From Octopus vulgaris (lineage: Eukaryota): DNA of 64,000 bases. Both the position numbers and the translations under genes were made by a program. Where the stretch lies: contig OX597814.1 in assembly GCA_951406725.2 (NCBI GenBank), positions 224,006,001 to 224,070,000 of the forward strand, written 5' to 3'. Position 1 is the first letter of the stretch. Each line of letters opens with the position of its first letter. Below, piece by piece: positions 24,319 to 36,814 of the stretch. A model generated the notes under the pieces. That model had not been told where the DNA came from and ran no database searches. It worked only from the letters and a program-made list of their open reading frames with translations.

Positions 24319-24705
24319 TCTCTTACATAAAATCCGTTCTGTCTGTCTGTGTGTGGGTGGGGAGGGGCTTCTAGGTTCTCGAGCATCCTCCATCCGATTG
24401 CGCTCAAATTTGACACGTAGATACCAACGGTATCAGGGTGTGTATAAGTCTTGAAAAAATTACAAAAATCAATTCCAGGTGAGAATGCGATCAATAAAGC
24501 CATGGGAAATCGTTTTTCTTTGGAATAGAAAAAAAAGTCTATCTTTATTTCTTCTTTTGCTGGTGTCTCAAATTTAGGTTAAATCAATGTTTCTCAAAGG
24601 GGAGGTCTATAGGACGGTCGGACAAGTTGTTTTGAGAAAATTTGGTTTAAATGTTTGACAACTCAGCACCATCCATTGGATGGGGGGGGGGGGGCGTTTT
24701 GCTCG
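24319..24705 (+). mobile_element. Non-autonomous Helitron-like element
   Basis: A|TC start, subterminal hairpin CCATCCA-T-TGGATGG, ends CTCG|T; first ~180 bp and 3' end shared with 36110-36657. Confidence 0.7.
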
Positions 24706-25823
24706 TATTTTATATAGAGAAGTGACATCATAAAACAAACCTATTTGCCTTAAACAAATCAAACCCCCTACTTTTTTTTTTGTTCGTTAATACCTTCTTA
24801 ACTTCACTACATTTTACTAATGGCATTGAAAAAGAGATGAATACCACAACTTAAGTTTTATTTTCTGATTTTCAAGGGCTTTTTGTATAAAGCCTAATTA
24901 ATATACATTAGGCTTAAGGCTAAAGGTTTTTGTACAAACAAAAGAAACTTTAATAACCTAACTCAAATAAGTAAACTTGAAACAAGTGACGTTTGTACTT
25001 AACACTATGGTAAGGTGCTGCACCTGATCAAACATTGCCATAGAAACCCTTCATGTAGGCAACAATATAAAATTCTAGACTAACTCACAACCCACAGAGA
25101 TGATACACCTACAAAAATGTTGATGGTACCTGTGAGGCTTAACAGAGATGGTTGTGGTAGTAGTAGTAGTAGCAGCTGTAACACATAGTGAGAAAAAGTA
25201 TCAAAGCAAAACAGTATCAGAATTGGTAGAGTTACTAATACTTGGCATGACCGAGTAAAATGAAATAATAGAGTTGGCAAACTTGAATATTATGATTGGT
25301 ATAACTGAAGAACATATTTTGTATAATTGTATAGAATATTAACAGTTGCTAGAACTGAAAGCTGGTATAATTCAATAAAATGGGAATAGCTGGTATAAAA
25401 AAAAACAGCAGAATAGTAAAAGATGGTAAAATTGAATCATTTTCTTTTTAACATCCACTTTTCCATGCTTGCATGGGTCAGACAGAGTTTAGTGAGGCAG
25501 GTTTCTATGGTTGGATGCACTTCTTGTTGCCAACCCATACCTGTTTCCAAGCAAATAATATTCCCCCCCTCCCATGGCAAACATGTTTTTTTGCAGAACA
25601 TTAGAAATGAATGCCATACATTTACAAACAATCAAGTGATTTCAAGACGAAGAGACAAAAACATCAGGCACGTGTGCACGCATGCACGATAGTCTTTTTT
25701 TCAGCTTCCATCTACCAAATTCACTCACAAGGTTTTGATCAGTCTGGGACTATAATAGAAAGCACTTGCCCAAGAGGCTATGCAGTGGAACTGAACCCGA
25801 AACCATGAATAGAATAATAATAA

Positions 25824-26129
25824 CTAGCACTATGATGCATATACAGCTGCAAATCTCCGACCAATCACACACAGCTAGCTGGCATTCAATTGGCATATCA
25901 AGTTTCAGGGATTTTGATTGGCTTTTGGATAGGAAATTCACAAAAAAGTCACTTCTATTGATTTTTTAATGGCTTTGCAAGGCGACTGGGAAAATGTAAA
26001 GATGTGCACGACCACCCTTGGACGGTTTTAAATGACCATAGAAAGTGCGAGCCCTCTAACTGAAAAATTGTGGATTTGTATAAAGGATACACACACACAC
26101 AGACATTTTGCCGTTTATATATAGAGAGA
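25824..26129 (-). mobile_element. Non-autonomous Helitron-like element
   Basis: A|TCTCTCTATATATAAACGGCA start (as at 39550) and GCTAG|T end; hairpin not evident. Confidence 0.7.
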
Positions 26130-27258
26130 TTGGTATACTTCTAGAAATAAACCATTTATAATGAAGCAGCATAAATTGGCTGGTTATAAAATTCAGAGGA
26201 ACAACATTTCAACTTAACAAACAACATAGAAGAGCATCAACTGACAACTCAACAGTGAAATTCAAAGTAGAAATATTAGATATTTCTCAGCAATTTCTAT
26301 AAAAATAAGAATAATGTGCTTCACCTCAACCAATAAATCAGGTAAGGTTTGAACCTATTTAAAATCTATTCTAAAAGAGAAAAAAAAATACTTTATTCTT
26401 ATATTTTTAAGAACAGTGTCATTTCTCATGCAACTGAGCTGAAAAATAATGTTTAATTCACCGGCATGTGTATATATTTCAGGTCTATATAAAATCACTG
26501 AAGCACGTCAATATGTCTATATCATAAAATGCTGGTTTTATGTTGCATTTGAATCAGGCACTAAATAAATACAAGGTGTTAAAAAAATTCTGTTTTTCAA
26601 ATTATTCCCTCATATATGAGTGAGTATTTGTGAATCATGCATTAAACCTAAGCATATATGTTTGTACATTCATGCATGTGTATACGTCATCATCATCGTT
26701 GTTCAATGTCTGGTTTCTATGACGGCATGGGTTGGACTGTTTAACAATTGTCTGTTGTGGGGGTTTCTATGGCTGGACGCCCTTCCTAATGCCAACTACT
26801 TAACAGACTGTGCTGGGTGCTTTTTATGTGCCACTTTAAATATATGGTTGTTTGTGTGTAAATATTTATGTGCACAATGTTACATATGCTACAAGAGCAA
26901 GAAATGTTTAAAGCTTTGATTTTGTATTTGGTTTGCAAGATTCTTGATGTGAATTTGCGTGTTGAAACAAATCTTGTGTCTTTCTTGGGAGTGTCATTAT
27001 GACTAACTAACAATAAAGAAGTGATACTGAACCAGTGCATGTGTTTGAAGCAGTTTAAATTTACTAAACCCTTAACCTAACCATTTGTGTTTCTCTGTCT
27101 ACAGATAGCTTCTTTGTGTGAATATATTTTGGTTGGCTTTGACTGATTTTAGACATTGACTAACCTTAACATAGGCTTTCCACATCATCTCAGAAGCATA
27201 AAAGATATACAATTAAGATGTTCAACTCCTGATTACATAGTCACATTTTAAAATCTTA

Positions 27259-27648
27259 CTAGCAGTATCGCCTGGCGTTGCTTGGGTTTGTTTCAACCCT
27301 TTAGAATTGGAATTTTGGCAAAGTAAAAATTTTGCATTATGTAGCTTGTTATTCTCTTTAAGTGAACATTTTCTTGGTTGAAATACACCAAAAAATGGCG
27401 ACACAGCAATAAAAAAATCGTAAAAAATAGGGATTTTCATAGAAAAAAAAGCACCTTTTTGATGTAAATAATTTTTGGTGTTAACATGGTCTGATTTGAA
27501 TTTTATCTTCTATGGAATGAAGAGCAAGCCTTCTTTATCATGCTCTCAATTTTGGTCAACTTGCACCACAGGGTTTCGGAGGAGATAGTGTTAGTTGAAG
27601 GCTACCAAACCTGCCACATGCAGACAACTTCAGCTTTATATATACAGA
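27259..27648 (-). mobile_element. Non-autonomous Helitron
   Basis: TC start; ends ACAAACCCAAGCAACGCCAGGCGATACTGCTAG|T, like 41723 and 63536. Confidence 0.85.
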
Positions 27649-28284
27649 TTACACTCATTATATTACACCGGTGACAAAAAAGATAATCTAAGTGTTTGCT
27701 CCAGTTTTCCTGTCAGACAAAACAACAGAATTGAGTCATACTTCCTGGTAGAGTAGTTAATTGTTCTAAGAAACTACAATCACACCTCTGCTAGAAATGA
27801 GAAACAGATACTAAATAGCTAAAAAAAAGAAAAAGAAAAATAATTGCTTAGTAAACCTGATGACCATTAACTAAAAGTAACTGATCAAAAAAATTGGTCA
27901 ACCAATACTGTAAGTGTTCCTTTCTGTATTGCAAGATGATACTCTTGTATAGCAGTCTTAATCTGGAGCTTGATTTGATATTTAACACCTGGTCCTTGGA
28001 TGCCTTTAGTGGAGTTCACTTGTTGCAAGCATTGAGACCACGTCACCCATTTGAAAGTAACTCCACCACCAACCCTCTCTCCTACCAGTCTCTTGAGACA
28101 TGAAATAACTAAGGGGTTTGTGGGTGCAGCATTCTTTTCCAGACTGAGTAGCAACAACAACAACAATCCTTTCTACTATAGGCACAAGGCCTGAAATTTG
28201 TGTGCTGGGAGGACAGTCAATTACATCGACCCCGGTGTTTCATTGGTCCTTAATTTATCAACCCTGAAAGGATGAAAGGCTAAG

Positions 28285-28595
28285 TTGGACCCAAATGTGG
28301 AGCCTAAAAACAGAAACAATCCCTATAATAATAGGTGCATCAGGTATGATTAAAAGACAGTCAGACAAATACGTAACCAAAACACCAGGACTTACAAATA
28401 TATAAAACATACAGAAAATAGCACTTACTAGGCACCGTGCACATCCTACGCAAGGCACTTTCAATACAGGGTACCTAAGAGCACCAAAAGAAACTACAGC
28501 ATATACCCAAGGTACACAGAGCTGCGCTCAGTAGTGCAGTGAAAGCACATGATAAAAATAAGGCTACTGAATAATAATAATAATAATAATAATAA
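28285..28595 (+). mobile_element. Dong/R4-type (RLE-domain) LINE 3' end
   Basis: TETIPIIIGASGMI...IQKIAL.GTVHILRKAL resembles the PIVIGALG/QKxxLLGTxxILR C-terminus; ends in (TAA)n. Confidence 0.75.
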
Positions 28596-30667
28596 AATGG
28601 TTTCAAATTTTTCCACAAGGGCAGCCATTTTAAAGGAGTTGATTACATCAACTCCAGTGTTCAACTGGTAACTTATTTTATCGACCCTGAAAGGATGAAA
28701 AGCAAAGTAGACCTCAACGGAATTTAACTCTGAACGTAAAGATAGATGAAATGCCGCTAAGCATGCTAATGATTCTGCCAGCTTGCCAATAATAATAATA
28801 ACAATAATAATAATGCTTTCTTTGACAATAATTCTCTAGTAAGATTTAAAATTAAAAACATAAAGTTGGAATTTCAAAACAAAAAACTCTAAAGCATTGG
28901 TTACATTAAGTCAATAAATAACGACTACATTCCTTCATTAGCTGAACATGTTAATATGTTTAATTTGAGAGATATGTGAAATCTCTCCAGTGAAGTTGGA
29001 TACATCTGGTTAGATATGTTCCAAGAGAGAGCAGCTGAATTATATATACACTGCACAAAAATCTTATAGACAATACAGTCTCTTTCCTTCTGAAGAACTG
29101 AAACAAATTAAAAATGTCAAGTTCAGCTGTTGAAGGATTAAAAAAAATATTTATTTTACTTTTCTATTCAGTTTGCAATGATTCAATGAAGATAGCACTA
29201 ATAGAGCTGTTTTACCATAATATAAATGAAGGTGGTATGGGTAGTTAATAAACATGCTGTAACTTGTCTAAATACAACTAGACATAAAACAAGTGGTTAC
29301 ATAATACCAGCACTCCTCACAAACAAAGAGCGAAAGAAGATCAGAGGAAAAGTGTTACAAAAGACGAAAGGGAGGGATGTAAGAAACTTGTTAATATTAG
29401 ATAATCTAGAACATATTCTACAACATATGTTTTAAAAGATTCTTTTAGCATATTGTTAATTTTATGAATGTTAAGAAAACATTTTACTCTGATGAATAGA
29501 AATGAAGACATTTTTGGGGTTCTTTTTTTTTTATCATTCCTTCACCCAGGATACCTTTAGCAGAGTCCACTCTTTTGGAAGTATTCAAACCAGGCCCCAA
29601 GTTTAAGGATTTCTTCCTTCTCTCCCATTAATTACAGAGGCCCTGTAATATGTCCTAAGCCCTGCCTAACACCCTGGCTAAGAAAAGATCAAATAAATAA
29701 AGATTATATTTGCTTCATCAGTTTATCAATGAGTTAGAATTTATATTCTCTCATAGCAAGCCATAAGTGATAGAGAGATGGGATGAGACTTGATCTAGAT
29801 ATAAACCACATAAAAACAGAGGCTTTTGATCTAATAACTATGGAAGTTTCACAGTTTGAGCTGCTCGGGCAGTTTGCAAAATAAAGATTTTGAATGGTGA
29901 AAGATTTATTTCTATCAGATACAGTGTATTTTATGCTATAACTATAAAGTAGAACATATTTTGTGCTTAACAAAAGACAACCTGAACAGTGGGCCTCGTA
30001 ATGCAGTCTTGATTATGTGAAGCATGTTTAAACTTGCCAAAAAAAATTAAAGAGAGAGAGAGAGAGAGTGGGGTGTAAAGAATTCCAAGGGTTAGGGTAA
30101 TATTTGTTGTTTTTGTTTTTGTATTTTTCATTCCAGACTGGGGATAATGTCATTCCCTTTTCTTTATGGTGGAAGGGGGGAATAAATTATATTACGTATT
30201 ACATATAATAGCATGTATTTTACACACATAATTATGTACCATGGGTGTTATAGTTGGTTATTTTTTCTTTATCCATTTAACTTCTATTATATGAATTGCA
30301 ATTATGAGACTGTAGAAGACCAGTCATCAAAAGACTTCAAAAAGGAATGTAAATTATTGCTTTTATTTTGCTGTTGGTTTTATGCTTTAACTGCTGCCTA
30401 AAATTATATCAAAGTATCCAATTGGATTTAGCTGTCGTTGGCTTAATGAGCTAATAACTAATGAGCTAATCAATTTCAAACTGACTCTTATAATCTATAT
30501 GAATTACAAATCATTATTTCAATTAGCCTTGATCAATTTTATAAAAGTAAATTAATTTTAGACCTAATTTATAATTGTTTAAAAAAGAAGGGAGAGGGAT
30601 ATACTATGAAGAGTTTAAGGATTCTTAAGGATCAGCGATTAACTCTGAGCTCAAAACTTTAATGAAT

Positions 30668-30958
30668 CATCATCATCATCATTTAGCATCCGCTTTCCAT
30701 GCTAGCATGGGTTGGACAGTTCAACTGGGGTCTGTGAAGCCAAAAGGCTGCATCAGGCCCAGTCTGATCTGGCAGTGTTTCTAACGGCTGGATGCCCTTC
30801 CTAATGCCAACCACTCCGTGAGTGTAGTGGGTGCTTTTTACGTGCCACCCGCACAGGTGCCAGAGGGAGCTGGCAAACGGCCACGGACGGATGGTGCTTT
30901 TTACGTGCCACCGGCACGGGGGCCAGGCGAGGCTGGCAACGGCCACCAACGGATGGTG
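30668..30958 (-). mobile_element. Family C retro-stub
   Basis: (CAT)n tail at 30668; internal repeats; truncated at about 30958. Confidence 0.85.
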
Positions 30959-30980
30959 AACGATGATGACAACAATGAGG

Positions 30981-31630
30981 TGTGTGTGTGGTTGTGTTAC
31001 TGCTTCTTTGTCTTCACATCACGTCATGGTGTGATTGGGCGTCATGGTTCTAATCATGCAGGTGGTGTCCTTCATTTCTTATTTTCCATGGAAACATGTC
31101 AAGTGATGGGGGAAATATTACCTTACTTGGAAACAGGCAGGGGCCGGAAACAGGAAAGGGTATGAATGAGAATGAATGAGAAATAAATTTATCATTATAA
31201 TAGGATGCCAGTCCATCTTATGTTCAATCAATTCCAGAGGCCAAACTAGCTATATTCTGTTGATATAGATGATCTGGCACCAATTCCATAGAAGTTTTAA
31301 TTATGTAAAGTATAACATACACAGAATATTAAATATGTCACATAAACCGTAACAATATTTATACTTTATATCAATCCTTTTAATATTCACTGTTTCAGCC
31401 TAGCATGAATTAGATGGAATATGTTGAGGCAGCCTTTCTACAGTCAAATACCCTTTCCTGTTGCCGGCCCCTGCCTGTTTCTAAGTAAGGTAATATTTCC
31501 CCCATCACTTGACATGTTTCCATGGAAAATAAGAAATGAAGGACACCACCTGCATGATTAGAACCATGACGCCCAATCACACCATGACGTGATGTGAAGA
31601 CAAAGAAGCAGTAACACAACCACACACACA
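30981..31630. repeat. 183-bp inverted repeat (2 mismatches) with 284-bp spacer
   Basis: 30981-31163 equals the reverse complement of 31448-31630. Confidence 0.97.
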
Positions 31631-31786
31631 TCATCACTGCCATCATCATTTAACATCCATCTTCCAGACTCCATTTGTCATATACACCATGGTTGTTTCT
31701 ATGGTGGGATGCCCTTCCTAATGCCAGCCATTTTACAGTGTATTGGGTGCTTTTTACAAAGTACTAGCACAAGAGACACACGCATA

Positions 31787-32203
31787 TACTCTTTACTCTT
31801 TTGCTTGTTTCAGTTATGTGACTGTGGCCATGCTGGAGTACTGCCTTTAGTCGAGCAAATCGACCCCAGGACTTATTCTTTGTAAGCCTAGTACTTATTT
31901 TATCGGTCTCTTTTGCCAAACCACTAAGTTACGGGGACGTAAACACACCAGCATCAGTTGTCAAGTGATGTTGGGGGGATGGGGCAAAAACACAAACATA
32001 CAAACATATACACACACACACATATATATATACATATATACGATGGGCTTCCTACAGTTTCCTTCTACCAAATCCGCTCACAAGGTTTTGGTCGACTCGA
32101 GGCCATAGTAGAAGACACTTGCCCAAGGTACCATGCAGTGGGATTGAACCCGAAACCATGTGGTTCATAAGCAAGCTACTTACCACACAGCCACTCCTAC
32201 GCC
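31787..32203 (-). mobile_element. SINE family A, full length
   Basis: Head at 32203, heptamer tail at 31787. Confidence 0.9.
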
Positions 32204-32211
32204 TATATATG

Positions 32212-32216
<5 letters not shown>

Positions 32217-32295
<79 letters not shown>
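32217..32295. repeat. (TA)n microsatellite
   Basis: Seen directly. Confidence 0.95.
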
Positions 32296-32299
<4 letters not shown>

Positions 32300-32421
32300 A
32301 TATATATACTGAACTTTACAGAAGTTCCTGCCGGTAATCGGCTATATTTACATACCGAATTCTACCAGTAAATAATTGTGGCCTTTTTTTAAAAACCATT
32401 ATAGAAATTATTTACCCTTAT

Positions 32422-32487
<66 letters not shown>

Positions 32488-33253
32488 CACACTTGGGCTT
32501 ATGTATATATTTGTCAGGTATCTTTTGGTTTCTGACTGCCAAATCCACTCTAGAAGCCTTGGTCAGTTGCCTGGGGCTATAGTAGAAAATAGTTGAAGTG
32601 CTACACAGTCGGATTGAATCCAAAGTATACTGTTGTGAAACAAACTTCTTAACCATGTAGCTAAACAGCCGTGCCAATACCTACTGAGTTAAAGCATGTT
32701 GAGAAAAAGTCATAGTTTTGTCATACTCAGCGGTGGTGCCCCAGCATGGCCGCGGCCTTCGGGCTAAAACATTTTTAAGGATTTATACCTAAGTATGATT
32801 TATGAAACAAAATAAATAACAGCTCTTCTTTTCTTCTCTTTATTTTTCTCTCAAAATTTCTGAAGGGTTAAAAGAGATTTTTGTTTCTAACTTTCCATTA
32901 AGTTCACCAGAAATTGAATATTTCATCTTCAGTGTGTCAGAGAAAGTAAAAAATGATTGTTCTGTGAGCTCAAGTAGAACATTGTTAACTTTTAAGTGTA
33001 TATGTCACATTGTTACTGCCACTGAATTCTGTTTCATAAGACTTGACATTGTATGATGAACAGTTTGGGTGATAAAGTGGTGTGTTGTAATGGTAGAAGA
33101 AAGCAGAAGGACCAGGGGACGGCACATACAAGCATTGGGAGAAATGACAGCCTGACAATGCATATACTAACATAAGAAGAAGAAAGAAACAAATGGTTTG
33201 ATTCCCAGAAGTACAGTTTAATGCAAATTTTCAAATTCAAATTAATGACATTT

Positions 33254-33683
33254 AGGCGCAGGAGTGGCTGTGTGGTAAGTAGCTTGCTAACCAACCACAT
33301 GGTTCCAGGTTCAGTCCCACTGCGTGGCACCTTGGGCAAGTGTCTTCTGCTATAGCACCAGGCCAACCGAAGCCTTGTGAGTGGATTTGGTAGACGGAAA
33401 CTGAAAGAAGCCTGTCGTATATATGTATATATATATATGTATGTGTGTGTATGTTTGTGTGTGTGTGTTTGTGTCTGTGTTCGTCCCCCTAGCATTGCTT
33501 GACAACCGATGCTGGTGTGTTTACGTCCCTGTAACTTAGCGGTTCGGCAAAAGAGACCGATAGAATAAGTACCAGGCTTACAAAGAATAAGTCATGGGGT
33601 CGATTTGCTCGAGTAAAGGCGGTGCTCCAGCATGGCCGCAGTCAAATGACTGAAACAAGTAAAAGAGAGTAAAGAGTAAAGAG
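33254..33683 (+). mobile_element. SINE family A, full-length reference copy
   Basis: GGCGCAGGAGTGGCTGTGTGGTAAG (A box)...GGTTCAGTCCC (B box), CORE-like ACCTTGGGCAAGTG, tail (AAAGAGT)n. Confidence 0.92.
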
Positions 33684-34684
33684 TGTGCATGTGTGTGTGT
33701 GTGTGTGCGTGTGCATGTATGTATACTTGTGTATGCAGGCTGACATATGTATGTATGCATGACTATGTATGTGCAAAAGTGTGGATATAAAAACATGTAA
33801 GAACATATGTTTGTCCAAGTGTCTGAGTGGGAGTGTGAGGGGGGTGGAGGGCGGGGGGGGGGTGACAGAAAGAGACAGCAGCAGTGTGAGCGAGTGCATG
33901 AGAAGATATGAGGGTATCATGAAATATAATATCGCTCTTATTCATTCAGCAGTAAATATATTCTGGTAATCATATTGATAGTGAATGTAAATTGATGAAA
34001 GAGAGAGAGAGAGAGAGAGTGTGTGTGTGTGTATGTATGTATGAATGTATATGTATGCAAGTGTGTTTGTGTATGAACATCAGTTATTAAGTTCTTCTCA
34101 GTGAAATTGCACAGAAAGAAACTGTGAGGAAGCCTATTACAAGAACTGTGTTTCTACTAATTCAAAGGTCAGCCCAATAATACAGGTCATGCAGATTATA
34201 GTATAGGGATTAAACCTAAAATACTCAGCTACATATGCATACTGTAATACAATAGATGGTTTATTTACTGAGTAATTAGTATTCACAGTGTAAAAACAGA
34301 AAAGTAATGAACACAAAGGCCCACTTACAATTCCGTTATGTAAGTCTCTGTAATTTAGATATACTGAAACTATGCTGATTCTGACAGCCATGGCTGATGA
34401 GGGGTGTTTCATGTTTAATTTATCCTTTTTCTGGTAATCATTCTATCTTTTGGAGTGTGAACATTGCCAAGATTGGGATCTTCAATTCCTGTCTTTTCCT
34501 CTTGTTTATAATAGGACAACAGTTCTTTTATTCCTTTTCTTTCACACCAGCACATAGTAAATTTTGTTGCACATTCTATGCCTCATATAAAACACTATAG
34601 TGTGTGTGTGTGTGTGTGTGTGAGTGTACACACACACACACACACACACACATGTATTTATGTATGTATGTCTATATACTTTAT

Positions 34685-34870
34685 AATTGAAGCTGTAAAA
34701 CCATCACAAAAGTATCACATAAAAAAAAAACCGCTACTCAGAGTTTCACATTCCCATTCGTTGGGCAGTTGTGATCAGCATTCTTGATCACAACTGCCCG
34801 ACAAACAACACAGTGAAACTCTGAGTTGCTGAATAGGAGATTTTTCTGTGATATTATTGCAGCTTTAATA
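34685..34870. repeat. Long imperfect palindrome (MITE-like or hairpin RNA)
   Basis: ACTCAGAGTTTCAC/GTGAAACTCTGAGT and GTTGGGCAGTTGTGATCA/TGATCACAACTGCCCGAC, plus weaker outer arms. Confidence 0.8.
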
Positions 34871-35358
34871 AGAATGCATATTACTCTACCTCTGGTATCC
34901 GCATACTATTTTTTCCTTGTTTCACATTTATGTGCTTTCTTGGGTATATATATGTGTGTATATATATAGAGAAGGGGGAGGGGAAAGCCTGTAGAGTTGG
35001 CAACAAGAAGGACATCCAGGTGTAGCAAATCTGCCTCAATAAATCTGTCCAACCCAAGCAAGCATGAAAAGTGGGTATTAAAATTATTATAATAATAATC
35101 ATATTGATGATACACACACACACACACACACAAACAAAACAGGTTTCCTTCAGCTTCCAACTACCAAATCCAATCACAAAGATTTTATCAGCACAAGGCC
35201 ATAATGGAAGACACTAATCTAAGGGGCTGTGTAGTGAAACCATGTGACTGGGAATTGAACTTGTTAACCACATGGTCATGCTGTACCTTCATATATCACC
35301 ATCATCATTTCACATCCATTTCCATGCTGGCATGGATTGGATGGTTTGACATATACAC

Positions 35359-35411
<53 letters not shown>

Positions 35412-36049
35412 TTTGCCTTTACTACATCTAATGTAAATAACACAAAAAATAAAATGTAAACAAATGCATTTATGTCTCCATAGGCAGAAAAATTTTAGAT
35501 TATCCCAGAAAATTATGTGTTCATTAATTATCTGATATATATATATTTAAATTTAATAATAGCAAATTTGACATTTATTAATTAAATACGATATATTGTA
35601 ATATATAAATGCTTTATAGTGTAACATCTAATTATGACATGTCAAATGGTTGTCAGAGACAGAATACAGAGGAATTGGTTAATGGTTAAATTTCTTACGT
35701 AAGATTATACATTATATATATACACAAACATATATACACACACACAAAAATACATATAAGTACACACATTCACACACACACATATCAGTAACAAACTACC
35801 AATTATTTACTTATTTCCACAGGCAATGAAAAGGTAAAACAACCAGGTAACATGTAATTTAGACTTATGACAAAATGCTACATTATCATAATTATCTTTT
35901 TTAGATCATCATTTCTTAACCCTCTTTGTTCTACGCCCCACTTTGATTTTCAAAAAAACATACACCTCTCACTATAAACACAAAGTCTGCAGCAGACACG
36001 CATGCACATACACACACACACCTACACATATTCGAAAATAAATTTTTAA

Positions 36050-36814
36050 CCCTTTAGAATTTAAACTGGCCATATTTGGCCAAAATATTCTACCTGTTTT
36101 ATGTTCAAATGAGCAAAACACACCCCCATCTAATGGACGGTGCTGAATCATATCTGCTGAATAAAAAGCAATCAGTGTTTTCTTTTCATTAAAAAATAAT
36201 TAAGCATGTCTTTATTTCAATAATATTTTTGGTTTTGTTAAACGAAATTAAGGCAAATTAAAACTTCTTGAGAAACCAAATAGTCTTTCCTTCCTTCATG
36301 CCAAGTTTGAAGAAAATATCTCTTTTGCATCTTATTTTTTTGATCTCTTAAATATACTACATTTTGTGACATTATTTCAAGCCAGCCGGCTTTTTTTGCG
36401 CAAACTGCATGAGTATTTTTCTCACGTACGCGCAGTATCGATCACAACAGCTGATGTACTTACACGTACAAATGCACGTTCTCACGGCTTTATCGATCGC
36501 ATTCTCACCTGGAATCGATTTTTGTAATTTTTTCAAGATTTATACACGCCCTGATACTGTCGGTATCTACATATCAAATTTGAGCGCAATCGGATGGAGG
36601 ATGCCCGAGATCCTAGAAGACACACACAGACAAACAGAACAGATTTTATATAATAGATTAGCTAGGTTTTGGCCTCTCACACCTCACTCTGATGTTAACC
36701 TAAAAATAAGTTATCTCTTTATCTCATCTAAATCTCAGAGCAACAAGATAATGCATGATTAATTCAAAAGTGAATAAGTATTACATTTGACAGAGAACTA
36801 TGAATGCTAAAGGG
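36050..36814. mobile_element. piggyBac-type MITE split by a Helitron-like insert
   Basis: TTAA|CCCTTTAGAATT...AATGCTAAAGGG|TCAA; the two halves match 53478-53696. Confidence 0.8.
36110..36657 (-). mobile_element. Non-autonomous Helitron-like element
   Basis: Inserted at an A|T inside the MITE without TSD; TC start; related to 24319-24705. Confidence 0.75.

Noticed and set aside
33254-33330. tRNA genes (also at 4725-4798 and 51460-51531)
   Set aside because: A and B boxes are present, but there is no full cloverleaf and each continues into a repeat body; these are SINE heads.
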